DNA of 64,000 nt, taken from contig PBFW01000009.1 of the NCBI GenBank assembly GCA_002719955.1, positions 299,057-363,056 of the forward strand, written 5' to 3'. Source of the stretch: Deltaproteobacteria bacterium. GTDB lineage: Bacteria > Myxococcota_A > UBA9160 > UBA4427. Below the pieces are notes generated by a model. The model was not told the origin of the DNA, ran no database searches, and saw nothing but the letters and a program-made list of their open reading frames with translations. Made by a program: the position numbers and the translations under genes. Every line of letters begins with the position of its first letter. Position 1 is the first letter of the stretch. Of this stretch, positions 27,301-34,585 are shown in pieces.

Positions 27301-27407
27301 CACGCCTTGAGGACGGCGAGGAGGCGACTTCGCGTCTGGCCCTTCGGCATGCGCAGGCCAAGGATGGCGAGTATCGCGATCGCCAGGGCTTGAATCAGGG
27401 TCGTCAT
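24327..27407 (-). CDS. Large polytopic fusion protein: flippase-like (UPF0104 / MprF-TM-like) domain + multi-TM linker + sulfatase-like (alkaline-phosphatase superfamily) domain
   Basis: The N-terminal third has UPF0104-like motifs (FLPSTAGLDGY, PFTIAGEGIREAA). Further TM helices span about aa 420-585. The C-terminal part is NILLVMVDTLRADHLSCYGG...SHASWTKPATASL...TADHGEEFAEHGGFWHG, a sulfatase-fold metal site. I preferred ATG 27407 (GGAGA SD). The ORF extends to 27455. Confidence 0.85.
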   Translation of the reverse strand: MTTLIQALAIAILAILGLRMPKGQTRSRLLAVLKAWFTVLCFWALLTHPIEVEPGESVIALQLIRDQLAGIDAATFWLFVGMATGIKAIGMVSSMYRWQLMLRGQGIELPFKHIFGSFLIGRAIGTFLPSTAGLDGYTLFDAARFSGKTVEVTAAKFVEKVCGFSGVFMTFLVALPFGIGIFGDNAMLFAMVSIPIAAGVIAGLVVVLLFPGFIQWVLENIPLPAKDRITGIVTRISTSAAAYRGHPALVLQILFLSFLVHFTTAVMYYYTALAIGAEGADFWKITFGSAIQIFATVISPFTIAGEGIREAAQYLLLGELIGPAAAIVSAALGFWAAEAPTMLGFVFWWSRNDDYTPAFSRVDGTQVDWEEAARAAASLEEDVDATAGKDVATPLAERLWRTPSAGALAGIAAGIVLGLGEAFVVYRGGLGTESQIFWFGPLMWASVLGGLSILGGLFLAVLPMDKREIGHWVPRLGLGACLIPFGLFVVLFRLRRDVYLEQMPPIGVIAGVLIVAAILLLVILGPMKKLLEPIAEKLTTPLAPIALLVVGVFGIGGLLSLALAPAAAERKGGGALSADLEAKPNILLVMVDTLRADHLSCYGGETPTPNLCRLAEGGTIYQGFSHASWTKPATASLISSTLPSTHNAMSKPSSLSQDLVLIPEAMKSAGYSTGGIVSNVNLAESFGFAQGYDDYYYLGPDYLFGAAESSSKLIVYQLGRQLALGLFGGDETFFNDFYQDSEVVNEVAFDWLDDRKDERFFLFLHYMDAHDPYFEHPYNGVGIARVSMPEPEPEMAERLQELYRGEIDYLDENFGKLLAKLDAEGLYDDTVIVLTADHGEEFAEHGGFWHGLTLYDEQIHVPLVIKWAKGGERPARGANSGIARLIDVGPTLLGVAGVDLPDTMQGVDLRAPFASRLEKDQQVYSEEDHEGNILWSLRTENEKLIVANPNNPRGLAEREYFDVSSDPGERDPYSDPEAEAQLEELAELQRLAAAGQAVEGDDVEMDLETCQRLKALGYVDDCSHLQ

Positions 27408-27619
27408 CGGGCGCGGTCTCCTCTCGGATGCAGCGGGCGCAGGGGTGCCGTGCATTCAGCGGGTGAGTGGTAGGAGGGCGCCGGAAGGTAGCGGCGAAAA
27501 TCCGATGTCGGCTCTTTGCTGCGCGCTCGATCACGCGAATGCGCAAGCGTTCGGCAGTCTCGGGGTGATCCACGGGAAGAGTGGATGCAGTGAGGGCCTG
27601 GGCACGTGGGCGTAGCGCC

Positions 27620-28519
27620 TCAGCGCTTTCGCATGATCTGCCGCCGGGCGCGCTGGTATGCGGTTTCAGTGATGCGCCCCTCGCGCCTCTCCTCGGTGAG
27701 GTCAGCGAGCGCGCGCAGCTGTTCGGGTGTCAGTTGCTCGAGGCTGACGCCGTCCTTCTGGCTGGCCTCGATTTCGCTCTTGGGGACGGGCGACGTCGAG
27801 ATGACCTCGCGTTGCCTTTTCTTGCCCGATGTGGTGCCGGGAAGGCGGAACGCGGATCGGAAGACGTCGTTTTGCCAATCGATCTCGAGATCCTGAACGC
27901 CGGCAAAATAGATCGGGCCTCCGCTCAGGACCCGGAAATCCATCGCCCTGCGATTTCGGATCGGCTCCGGGAGTTTTTTCGTCTCATCGGATTCCTTGAT
28001 GGGCCAGTCCACGCGTCGGAGCAGCAGGTAGAGATGTCCATCGTCCACATAGGCGATGAAGGTCGTCAGAAATTTCTTGTTGAAGATGCCGAGTCGCGCT
28101 TCCTGGCGGGTGACCTTGATGCCGATCTCTTGGTTGGGGTTCGCCTCGGCCAGGCCCTTGGCGAGCAATTCGGCGGTGCGCGGGACCAGGGTCGGGTGAA
28201 AGGCGGGCTGACGAAGCGTGCCCCTGCCCTTTCGAACCGTCTCGACTTCGATCGCGGTCAGGATATGTCGCAGTCTTTGCTGTGAGATGATCGTCGGATG
28301 TTCGTAGCCGCGTTTTTCGACCGAGAAGCCGGTCACCTCTCGCACGAGGTCGACTTCGATCATCTTTCTGTCGACGAGCGAATGGCGCACCGTGCGCGTC
28401 ACACAACCGGGGAGCGAGGCGATCAGAAAGAATCCGATGAGCAGAATGAGGCTGGATCGCCCCTGCATAGGCAGCGGAGTCCAGCCGAAACGAGCCGAAC
28501 GGGTCGGAGTCAGAGGCAT
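27620..28519 (-). CDS. Hypothetical lipoprotein with a C-terminal SHOCT-like helix
   Basis: Lipobox LIASLPGC after a signal sequence. The C-terminus LTPEQLRALADLTEERREGRITETAYQRARRQI is SHOCT-like. The gene starts 4 nt after the feoB stop. Confidence 0.7.
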   Translation of the reverse strand: MPLTPTRSARFGWTPLPMQGRSSLILLIGFFLIASLPGCVTRTVRHSLVDRKMIEVDLVREVTGFSVEKRGYEHPTIISQQRLRHILTAIEVETVRKGRGTLRQPAFHPTLVPRTAELLAKGLAEANPNQEIGIKVTRQEARLGIFNKKFLTTFIAYVDDGHLYLLLRRVDWPIKESDETKKLPEPIRNRRAMDFRVLSGGPIYFAGVQDLEIDWQNDVFRSAFRLPGTTSGKKRQREVISTSPVPKSEIEASQKDGVSLEQLTPEQLRALADLTEERREGRITETAYQRARRQIMRKR

Positions 28520-28523
28520 CGCA

Positions 28524-30452
28524 TCAGGATAGCCAATCGCTGCCGCCCAGAGCGGTCAGGACACGATGGGTCGCGAAGCTCGCCCCGTAGGCGAGCACAG
28601 AGAGATACGCGAAGGCGAAGGCGGGCCAGCGCCAGGAATTGGTCTCGCGCCGCATGATCGCCAGCGTCGAGGTGCATTGGAGGGCGAACACGAAGAAGAC
28701 CAGCAGCGCGCCCACCGTTGCGGGGGTGAAGATCGGGCGTCCGGTTTCGGGATGGAGATCCGATCGCAGCGCCTCCCGAAGCGACCCCGTCTCGTCGTCG
28801 CCCGTCGCGTAGATCTGCGCGAGGGTCGCGACCAGGACCTCGCGTGCGGCCAGGCTCGCGATCAGCCCGACACCGATCTTCCAGTCGAAGCCCAGGGGTT
28901 CGAAGACCGGTTCGATCGCATGCCCGAGTGTTCCGGCTGCGCTGTGTTCGAGGGCGTGGGCGGCGGCTTCCGTGGCGTCGAGCCCAGCCGGTGTCTCGAC
29001 CTGCGGGTAGTTCAGCAGAACCCAGAGCAGGACCGAGGCGGCCAGGATGATCGTGCCCGCGCGTCGCAGGAAAGCCGAGGCGCTCGCCCAGACCTGCGCG
29101 ATCCAGACCCGGAAGGTGGGCCAGCGATAGGTGGGCAGCTCCATCGTGAAGGGCAGCCCGTCGCCGCGCACCAGCGTGCGCTTGAGGATCCCAGCGACGA
29201 TCAACGCGGCGGCGCCGCCGCCTACGTAGAGCCCGAGGAGCACCAGGCCCTGGAGGCCGATGGGGCCCCAGACCTTTCTTTCCGGAACGAAGGCGCTGAT
29301 CAGGAGGGCATAGACCGGCAGTCGCGCGGAGCAGGTCATGAGTGGTGCGACGAGGATCGTCACCAGCCGATCGCGAGGCGAGGGGATCGTGCGGGTGGCC
29401 ATGATTCCGGGGACCGCGCAGGCGTAGGAGGAGAGCAGCGCGACGAAGGCTCGCCCCTCGAGCCCGATGCGACCCATCACGCGATCGATCACGAAGGCCG
29501 CGCGCGCCATATAGCCCAGGTCTTCGAGCAGATAGAGCAGCGAAAAGAGGATCACGATCTGGGGTAGGAAGATCACGACGGAGCCGACCCCCGCGATCAA
29601 CCCGTCCGCCACCAGGTTCGCCGGCCAGCCCGCTGGTAGCTGGGCGCGGGCGAGCCCCGCCAGATCCCCGACCGCGCCGTCGATCAGGTCCATCGCTGGG
29701 CCCGCGGCGCTGAAGATCAGCTGGAAGAACGTGATCATCACGGCCGCAAAGAGCAGGCTGCCCCAGAGCGGGTGCAACACGACCCGATCGACGCGCTCAG
29801 TGAGGGTGTGACGATTCGGGGGTTGTTGGATCACCGCGTTCGCCACCGAATCCGCCCAGCCCGCGCGTTCGGTGCGGTCCTCGGGCGGCAGGATCGCGGG
29901 CCTCGACCAGGCTTCCGGCGCGTCGAGCAGCGCGCGCAGACGCTCGAGCCCGCGCCCGCGATGGCCGACGACGCCGACCACGGGGATGCCGAGGGAGGCC
30001 TCCAGGCGCTCGAGGTCGACATTTCCGCCGCGCGCCACCAACTCGTCGAGCATCGTCAGGACGAGCAGGGTCGGGCGGCCGAGATGGAGCGATTCGCCGA
30101 TGAAAGGAATTGTGCGCGGAAGCGAGCAGGCGTCCACCACCATGAGGATCGCGTCGGGCGTCGCGATGCCTTCGATGCGTCCCGCCAGGACATCGCCCAC
30201 GACCGCTTCGTCGGCCGAGAGGGGCTGGAGCCCGTAGGTCCCGGGCAGATCGATCAGCAGCGCACGCGAGTTTTCGAGGACGAGTTCCGCTTCGCGCCGC
30301 TCGACCGTCACACCGGGATAGTTGCCGACCCGCGCGTGCAGACCGGTGAGCGCATTGAAAAGGGTGGTCTTGCCAGCATTCGGGCTCCCGAGGAGGCCGA
30401 AGACGCGGGGTTCTTCCCGGCCGGGATCGGAATCGAGGGCCGCGGCTGTCAT
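28524..30452 (-). CDS. feoB: Ferrous iron transporter FeoB
   Basis: N-terminal GTPase (GSPNAGKTTLFNALTG, VGNYPGVTVE, DLPGTYGL) followed by the polytopic gate domain. Confidence 0.95.
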   Translation of the reverse strand: MTAAALDSDPGREEPRVFGLLGSPNAGKTTLFNALTGLHARVGNYPGVTVERREAELVLENSRALLIDLPGTYGLQPLSADEAVVGDVLAGRIEGIATPDAILMVVDACSLPRTIPFIGESLHLGRPTLLVLTMLDELVARGGNVDLERLEASLGIPVVGVVGHRGRGLERLRALLDAPEAWSRPAILPPEDRTERAGWADSVANAVIQQPPNRHTLTERVDRVVLHPLWGSLLFAAVMITFFQLIFSAAGPAMDLIDGAVGDLAGLARAQLPAGWPANLVADGLIAGVGSVVIFLPQIVILFSLLYLLEDLGYMARAAFVIDRVMGRIGLEGRAFVALLSSYACAVPGIMATRTIPSPRDRLVTILVAPLMTCSARLPVYALLISAFVPERKVWGPIGLQGLVLLGLYVGGGAAALIVAGILKRTLVRGDGLPFTMELPTYRWPTFRVWIAQVWASASAFLRRAGTIILAASVLLWVLLNYPQVETPAGLDATEAAAHALEHSAAGTLGHAIEPVFEPLGFDWKIGVGLIASLAAREVLVATLAQIYATGDDETGSLREALRSDLHPETGRPIFTPATVGALLVFFVFALQCTSTLAIMRRETNSWRWPAFAFAYLSVLAYGASFATHRVLTALGGSDWLS

Positions 30453-30760
30453 GTGCGCGCCGGCTTCGCCCGATCGATTGCGACGCGCACGCGAGCACTC
30501 TCGCTTCGGCGCAGGCAGAGCTGATAGCCGTGGAGCTCGAAGACGGTCGGATCGCCGAGCGGGGCGCGGCGGATCACCTCGATCGCCACGCCTTCGCGGA
30601 TTCCGAGATCGCCGAGGCGTCGCGCGATCGGATCGCCGCCGACGCTTCCCTCGATGTCGAGCACGCGGACGAGTCCGCCACGGGGAATGCGATCGAGGGT
30701 TTCAGGCTGGGGCATCGGCGGGGGGCTCGGCGGGGCGCTGGCGGGTTGGGGGCTGGTCAT
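30449..30760 (-). CDS. feoA: FeoA family protein
   Basis: SH3-like FeoA core: LVRVLDIEG...IARRLGDLGIREGVAIEVIRRAPLGDPTVFELHGYQLCLRRSESARVRV. Overlaps the feoB start by ATGA. Confidence 0.85.
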   Translation of the reverse strand: MTSPQPASAPPSPPPMPQPETLDRIPRGGLVRVLDIEGSVGGDPIARRLGDLGIREGVAIEVIRRAPLGDPTVFELHGYQLCLRRSESARVRVAIDRAKPART

Positions 30761-30792
30761 TCGGGGTGGGCCCTCGCTTCGGAGGCGAGGGC

Positions 30793-30815
30793 ATGAAAAC
30801 GAAAATGGTTTTCAT
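30793..30815. promoter_or_regulatory. Fur-box-like operator upstream of feoAB
   Basis: Perfect inverted repeat ATGAAAAC-gaaaatg-GTTTTCAT in an AT-rich island 32 nt upstream of the feoA ATG. It resembles the GATAATGATAATCATTATC consensus. Confidence 0.55.
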
Positions 30816-30869
30816 TACGGGCGAAAGCTAGCGATTCCGAGGAGTTTCGCTCGCATCCGAGGGCGAATT

Positions 30870-31928
30870 TTATTTGCGAACACGTTCGTCTTGATTTCCG
30901 CGGCCATTTCCGCGCTTCCACACGGAATCTCGCTCGCTTCGCAGCTGGCGGGTCATGAGAGTGTGTCCCGCATCCTGGGGGGTCTTTTCTCCATCGATGA
31001 CCAGGCGTACCTGAGTCGAGATCGGCGCCTCGACGCCCAGCCGATCCGCCAGCCGAACGGCGGCGCGGGTCGTCTGGATGCCCTCGGCGACCTCGCCGAG
31101 TTCGGCCACGATCTCGCCGAGTTTCCGTCCACGCCCGAGCCCGAGCCCGACGCGGCGATTTCGGGAGAGGTCACCGGTGCAGGTCAGCAGCAGATCACCC
31201 ATCCCGGAGAGTCCGAGGAAGGTTTCGGGCTCGGCACCCTGGGCGACGCCGATGCGCGTGATCTCGGCGAGGCCGCGCGTCATCAGGGCGGCCCTCGCGT
31301 TGAGGCCGCTGTCCAGGCCGTCGGACATGCCGACCGCGATCGCGATGACGTTCTTGAGCGCCCCCGCGGTCTCGACGCCGACGATATCGTTGTGCGTGTA
31401 ACAGCGGAACCAGGGGCAGGAGAGCGTGGCCTGAACCGAGATCGCATAGGCCTCTTCGTGGCAGGCCAGGGTCACGACCGTCGGTTGGTGGCGCGCGATT
31501 TCCGCCGCGAAGGAGGGGCCGGATAGCGCGACGAGCCGGGGGTGGTGTTCGGGATCGAGGACCTCCTGGAGAACCCCGTGCATCGTGTACCCCGTCTCGA
31601 ATTCGATTCCCTTGACCGCGGAGACGATGATGGCCCCCGGTTCGATATAGGGGCCGGCCTGGCTCATGACCTCGCGCAGCGAGTGGCTGGGGACGGCGAT
31701 GATGACGAGTTCGCGCCCGGCCAACGCATCGCGCAGGTTCGAGGTCGCCTCGATGCGCGCGGGCAACTCGTATTCGGTCAGGTATCGCGGGTTGTGGCGA
31801 TCGCGGTTGATCGTCTCCGCCACCTCTTCGCGGCGGGACCAGATCTTCACGTCGTTCTCTCTTGCGCAGACCATCGCAAGACAGGTTCCGAAGCTGCCAG
31901 CACCCAGGACGGCGGTCGGTGTATTCAC
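30870..31928 (-). CDS. gpsA: NAD(P)H-dependent glycerol-3-phosphate dehydrogenase
   Basis: Contains AVLGAGSFGTCLA (Rossmann), NPRYL, IIAVPSH, KGIE, GALKNVIAIAVG, and LSRNRRVGLGLGRG. Confidence 0.9.
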   Translation of the reverse strand: MNTPTAVLGAGSFGTCLAMVCARENDVKIWSRREEVAETINRDRHNPRYLTEYELPARIEATSNLRDALAGRELVIIAVPSHSLREVMSQAGPYIEPGAIIVSAVKGIEFETGYTMHGVLQEVLDPEHHPRLVALSGPSFAAEIARHQPTVVTLACHEEAYAISVQATLSCPWFRCYTHNDIVGVETAGALKNVIAIAVGMSDGLDSGLNARAALMTRGLAEITRIGVAQGAEPETFLGLSGMGDLLLTCTGDLSRNRRVGLGLGRGRKLGEIVAELGEVAEGIQTTRAAVRLADRLGVEAPISTQVRLVIDGEKTPQDAGHTLMTRQLRSERDSVWKRGNGRGNQDERVRK

Positions 31929-32007
31929 GCCCTCTACTCTACCACTGCCCTCGCGAGAGCGAGGTCTCGGGTCGACGATCCCGACGCCGGCTAGATGGCT
32001 ATTTTCG

Positions 32008-32036
32008 TTGACGTTCTGGGGGGCTACGGCTATTTT
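32008..32036 (+). promoter_or_regulatory. Sigma70-like promoter candidate for the nuo-like operon
   Basis: TTGACG (32008-32013), a 17 nt spacer, then TATTTT (32031-32036), in the gpsA / nuoA-like divergent intergenic region. Confidence 0.4.
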
Positions 32037-32183
32037 GCGGTTTCCTCCGGGATCGGTTCGGCCGCCCGGTCATCAACCCCCCGCTGCCCTTCGGACGGAT
32101 CTCCACGCGATCGTTGCGGCCCTCTTGACGGGTCCAGCGCGTGCGCGCACAGGATCTCGGTGTCCGGCTTCGAGGCGACGGCG

Positions 32184-32567
32184 TTGAGCGTCCCCGGGTT
32201 CGAAACCGAGCTTGATCTGGTGCGGTCGATCCTCTTCGTCGGGTTGACCGTCGTCGCCGTGACGCTGGTGCCCTGCCTCGCCGCGACCCTTCGTCGCGCT
32301 CTCCCGGTCAGGCCGCGCGAGACCCGGCCGCTCGAGCCGGCCTCGTTCGGCCATTCCCAGAAAGCTCGCCGCTCGCCGCGTCACGCGATCCTCCTCCATC
32401 GCGGTCTCGTCGGCGCCCTTTTCGTGGCGCTCGCGGCCCTCTTCTTGATCCCGGCGGCCGCTGCCCTCTCTGCGATCGGTGTCGCGGCGATCCCGTCCGC
32501 GATGGCCTTCGTCCTGCCGACCCTCCTGGTGACGCTCCACGCCCGTCATCGGACGGCCCGCGAATGA
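32184..32567 (+). CDS. Highly divergent NuoA-like membrane protein
   Basis: It has NuoA size and topology (3 TM) if started at TTG 32184. The loop PLEPASFG corresponds to PFESG, and RRSPRHAILLHRGLVGALFVALAALFLIPAA to [26 protein letters not shown]. The stop overlaps the nuoH-like ATG (ATGA). The start is uncertain, and the ORF opens at 31995. Confidence 0.5.
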   Translation: MSVPGFETELDLVRSILFVGLTVVAVTLVPCLAATLRRALPVRPRETRPLEPASFGHSQKARRSPRHAILLHRGLVGALFVALAALFLIPAAAALSAIGVAAIPSAMAFVLPTLLVTLHARHRTARE

Positions 32568-33739
32568 GTGCGCTCACCCTCATGATCGCCTGGCTGGCCA
32601 GCGTTTCGGTGACGCTGATCGGGTGCGCTCTTTTTGAGCGAAATGCGCGATTGGTCGCGCGACCCGGCCGTCCGGAGTTGAATCCGCCCCGGGCGCTCTG
32701 GGGCGGCCAGCCCGAGCGCCCGCCCGCGCATGCGATGAGCGCTCGCGCGCTCGCCGGATTCGCGCGAATCGTTCGCCGTCCGCTCCGCGTCGCTGACCAT
32801 CGTCCCGGGCTTCGACTGCTGGGGCGACTCGGCACCTGTTTCTCGCTCGCGTTCGTTCTGGCGATGTTGCCCTTCTTCGGGACCTGGGGCGGGGGGCCCA
32901 TGGACGCGCCCCTGCTCCTGCTGGACCTTCGACATGGTCTCTCGGCAATCGGTTTTCTGCTCTTGTTGACCTCGTTCGCCCGCATCGCGGTGGGTCTCTC
33001 GGAACGAAATGCCTGGTCGCGCATCGGAAGCGCGGGTCAGGCGAGTCGATCGATCGCCGCGCTCGCGCTGCTGATATTGGTTCTTGCGCCCCTCGTGGTG
33101 GCTTCGGGCTCGCTCCGGCTCCACGATATCGTATTAGGTCAGCAACTCCCGATCGCGCCGATCGGATGGCTGCTCGAGACCTTCGACGGGCCATTCTTCC
33201 AAATCTTGCGAGCATGGCCGATCCCCGCCTGGAACGTCTTCACGCAGCCGCTGACGGCGATCCTCTTCGTTCCGGCGATGGCGCTGCTTCTCGGGAGCCC
33301 GCGCATCGATGATCCGACGAGGGGGTCGCTCGCGGCGGCGGGTGTCGGCCTCGACGCGGCGCCGATGGATCTCTATTGGTCGCGACTCGACGCAAGGCTC
33401 TCGTTCGCACTTGCGGCTGGACTCTTCGTGACACTCTTTCTGGGGGCGGGCTCGATTCCCTTTCTCGAGCCGGAAGAATTCGTGTCGGGGCTCGCGCCCT
33501 TCCTGGGGGAGGTGCTGCCGAAATTGATGGTCCTCGGGCTGCATCTCGTCACCTTCCTGGCGAAATCACTATGCGTGCTCGCGGCGGTTGCGCGGCTGAA
33601 GCGGGTGGCTGCGGTGGGCCGGGTGGATCGAGCGCTTCGCCTGGCAACGCGACGACTGCTTCCGCTGGCCTGGGCGAACCTTCTCCTCGTCGCCGCTTCG
33701 ACGCTCTGGTTTGCTGAATTCATCGGGAGTTCGGGTTGA
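32564..33739 (+). CDS. nuoH: Divergent NADH-quinone oxidoreductase subunit H-like protein
   Basis: Collinear with NuoH. FERNARLVARPGRPELN corresponds to FGERRLLGLFQNRYGPN, DLRHGLSAIGFLLL to DLNIGILFFLM, GSLRLHDIVLGQQ to GSFNMTDIVNSQ, and WNVFTQP to WNVIPQF. The C-terminal LAKSLCVLAAVARLKR corresponds to LKTAFFMMMFILIRASLPR. Confidence 0.8.
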   Translation: MSALTLMIAWLASVSVTLIGCALFERNARLVARPGRPELNPPRALWGGQPERPPAHAMSARALAGFARIVRRPLRVADHRPGLRLLGRLGTCFSLAFVLAMLPFFGTWGGGPMDAPLLLLDLRHGLSAIGFLLLLTSFARIAVGLSERNAWSRIGSAGQASRSIAALALLILVLAPLVVASGSLRLHDIVLGQQLPIAPIGWLLETFDGPFFQILRAWPIPAWNVFTQPLTAILFVPAMALLLGSPRIDDPTRGSLAAAGVGLDAAPMDLYWSRLDARLSFALAAGLFVTLFLGAGSIPFLEPEEFVSGLAPFLGEVLPKLMVLGLHLVTFLAKSLCVLAAVARLKRVAAVGRVDRALRLATRRLLPLAWANLLLVAASTLWFAEFIGSSG

Positions 33740-34245
33740 TGGGTGGTGTGGAACTCGGACTCGGTGTCGCGCTCCTTGCGGCGTTCGCCTCGATCGTGAC
33801 GGGTCGTCATCTGACGCGCTCGATCGTTGCGGGCGCGATCTCCTTGGCTGGACTCGCGCTCGCCCTGACCTCATCCGGCGCGGGTTTCGTCGGCTTCTTC
33901 GTTCTGACCGTCGGGGCATCCGTTCTGGCGACGATCCAGCTTTTCGGATGGATGCTCGTCGATGTCGATCGAGACCATCTCCCTCCCACGGATCGGGTGA
34001 CCGCGATCGCGCGCGGGATCGCGTTCCTCCTGCTGGGCGCGGGGCTCGTTCTGCTCGTCGCGCTCGGACTCGAAGGCGGCGTTTCGAAGCCGATCTCTGG
34101 ATCGGCGCCGATGGCCTCGCCGCGCGAGATTGGTGAACGTTTCTTCGGGGTCTGGCGGGACCTCGCGACGATCTGTGGGATCGCGCTCTCGGCGGGCCTG
34201 CTTGCCACGCTGATGACGCTTCGCGACGATGGGGAGAATCGTTAG
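33739..34245 (+). CDS. nuoJ: NuoJ-like membrane protein
   Basis: About 168 aa with the NuoJ helix pattern. GAGFVGFFVLTVGASVLATIQLFGWMLV corresponds to GAYFAGALEIIVYAGAIMVLFVFVVMML. ATG 33739 overlaps the nuoH-like TGA (TGATG). TTG 33736 is an alternative. Confidence 0.75.
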   Translation: MGGVELGLGVALLAAFASIVTGRHLTRSIVAGAISLAGLALALTSSGAGFVGFFVLTVGASVLATIQLFGWMLVDVDRDHLPPTDRVTAIARGIAFLLLGAGLVLLVALGLEGGVSKPISGSAPMASPREIGERFFGVWRDLATICGIALSAGLLATLMTLRDDGENR

Positions 34246-34248
34246 GCG

Positions 34249-34575
34249 ATGGAAAGCCTGAACGAATCCGCGAGATTTCTGGCCATTGGCGCGACGGCGC
34301 TTTTCTGGATTGGCCTGCTGGGATTGCTCTGGCGTCGGAGTCTGATCGGGATGCTCGTCGGCGTGCTCTTCGGTTGGCTCTCGGTCGCAGTCGCTGGAAT
34401 TGCTTTTGTCGGCTTTCAACGCGACGCGGAGGGAGTCGTCGGAGGCGGGATCTTCGTTCTGTGTGCTGCCCTCGTCTGCGCGCTTCAAGTTGCCTTGGGA
34501 CTTTCTCTCGTCGTCGCGCGCATCGCCCGCCGAGGTACGCTCGACGCGCAAAACGCGTGCCTGCTGGAAGGCTAG
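34249..34575 (+). CDS. nuoK: NuoK-like membrane protein
   Basis: 108 aa, 3 TM. GLLGLLWRRSLIGMLVGV corresponds to GLTGLVIRRNLLFMLIGL, and CALQVALGLSLVVARIARR to AAAEASIGLALLLQLHRR. Confidence 0.8.
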   Translation: MESLNESARFLAIGATALFWIGLLGLLWRRSLIGMLVGVLFGWLSVAVAGIAFVGFQRDAEGVVGGGIFVLCAALVCALQVALGLSLVVARIARRGTLDAQNACLLEG

Positions 34576-34585
34576 GGAGCCGTTC

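Noticed and set aside
31995-32183. First 63 codons of ORF 31995-32567 as part of the NuoA-like protein.
   Set aside because: This stretch overlaps the predicted promoter (32008-32036) and translates to non-membrane, Ser/Gly/Arg-rich sequence. The NuoA-sized three-TM protein starts at TTG 32184.
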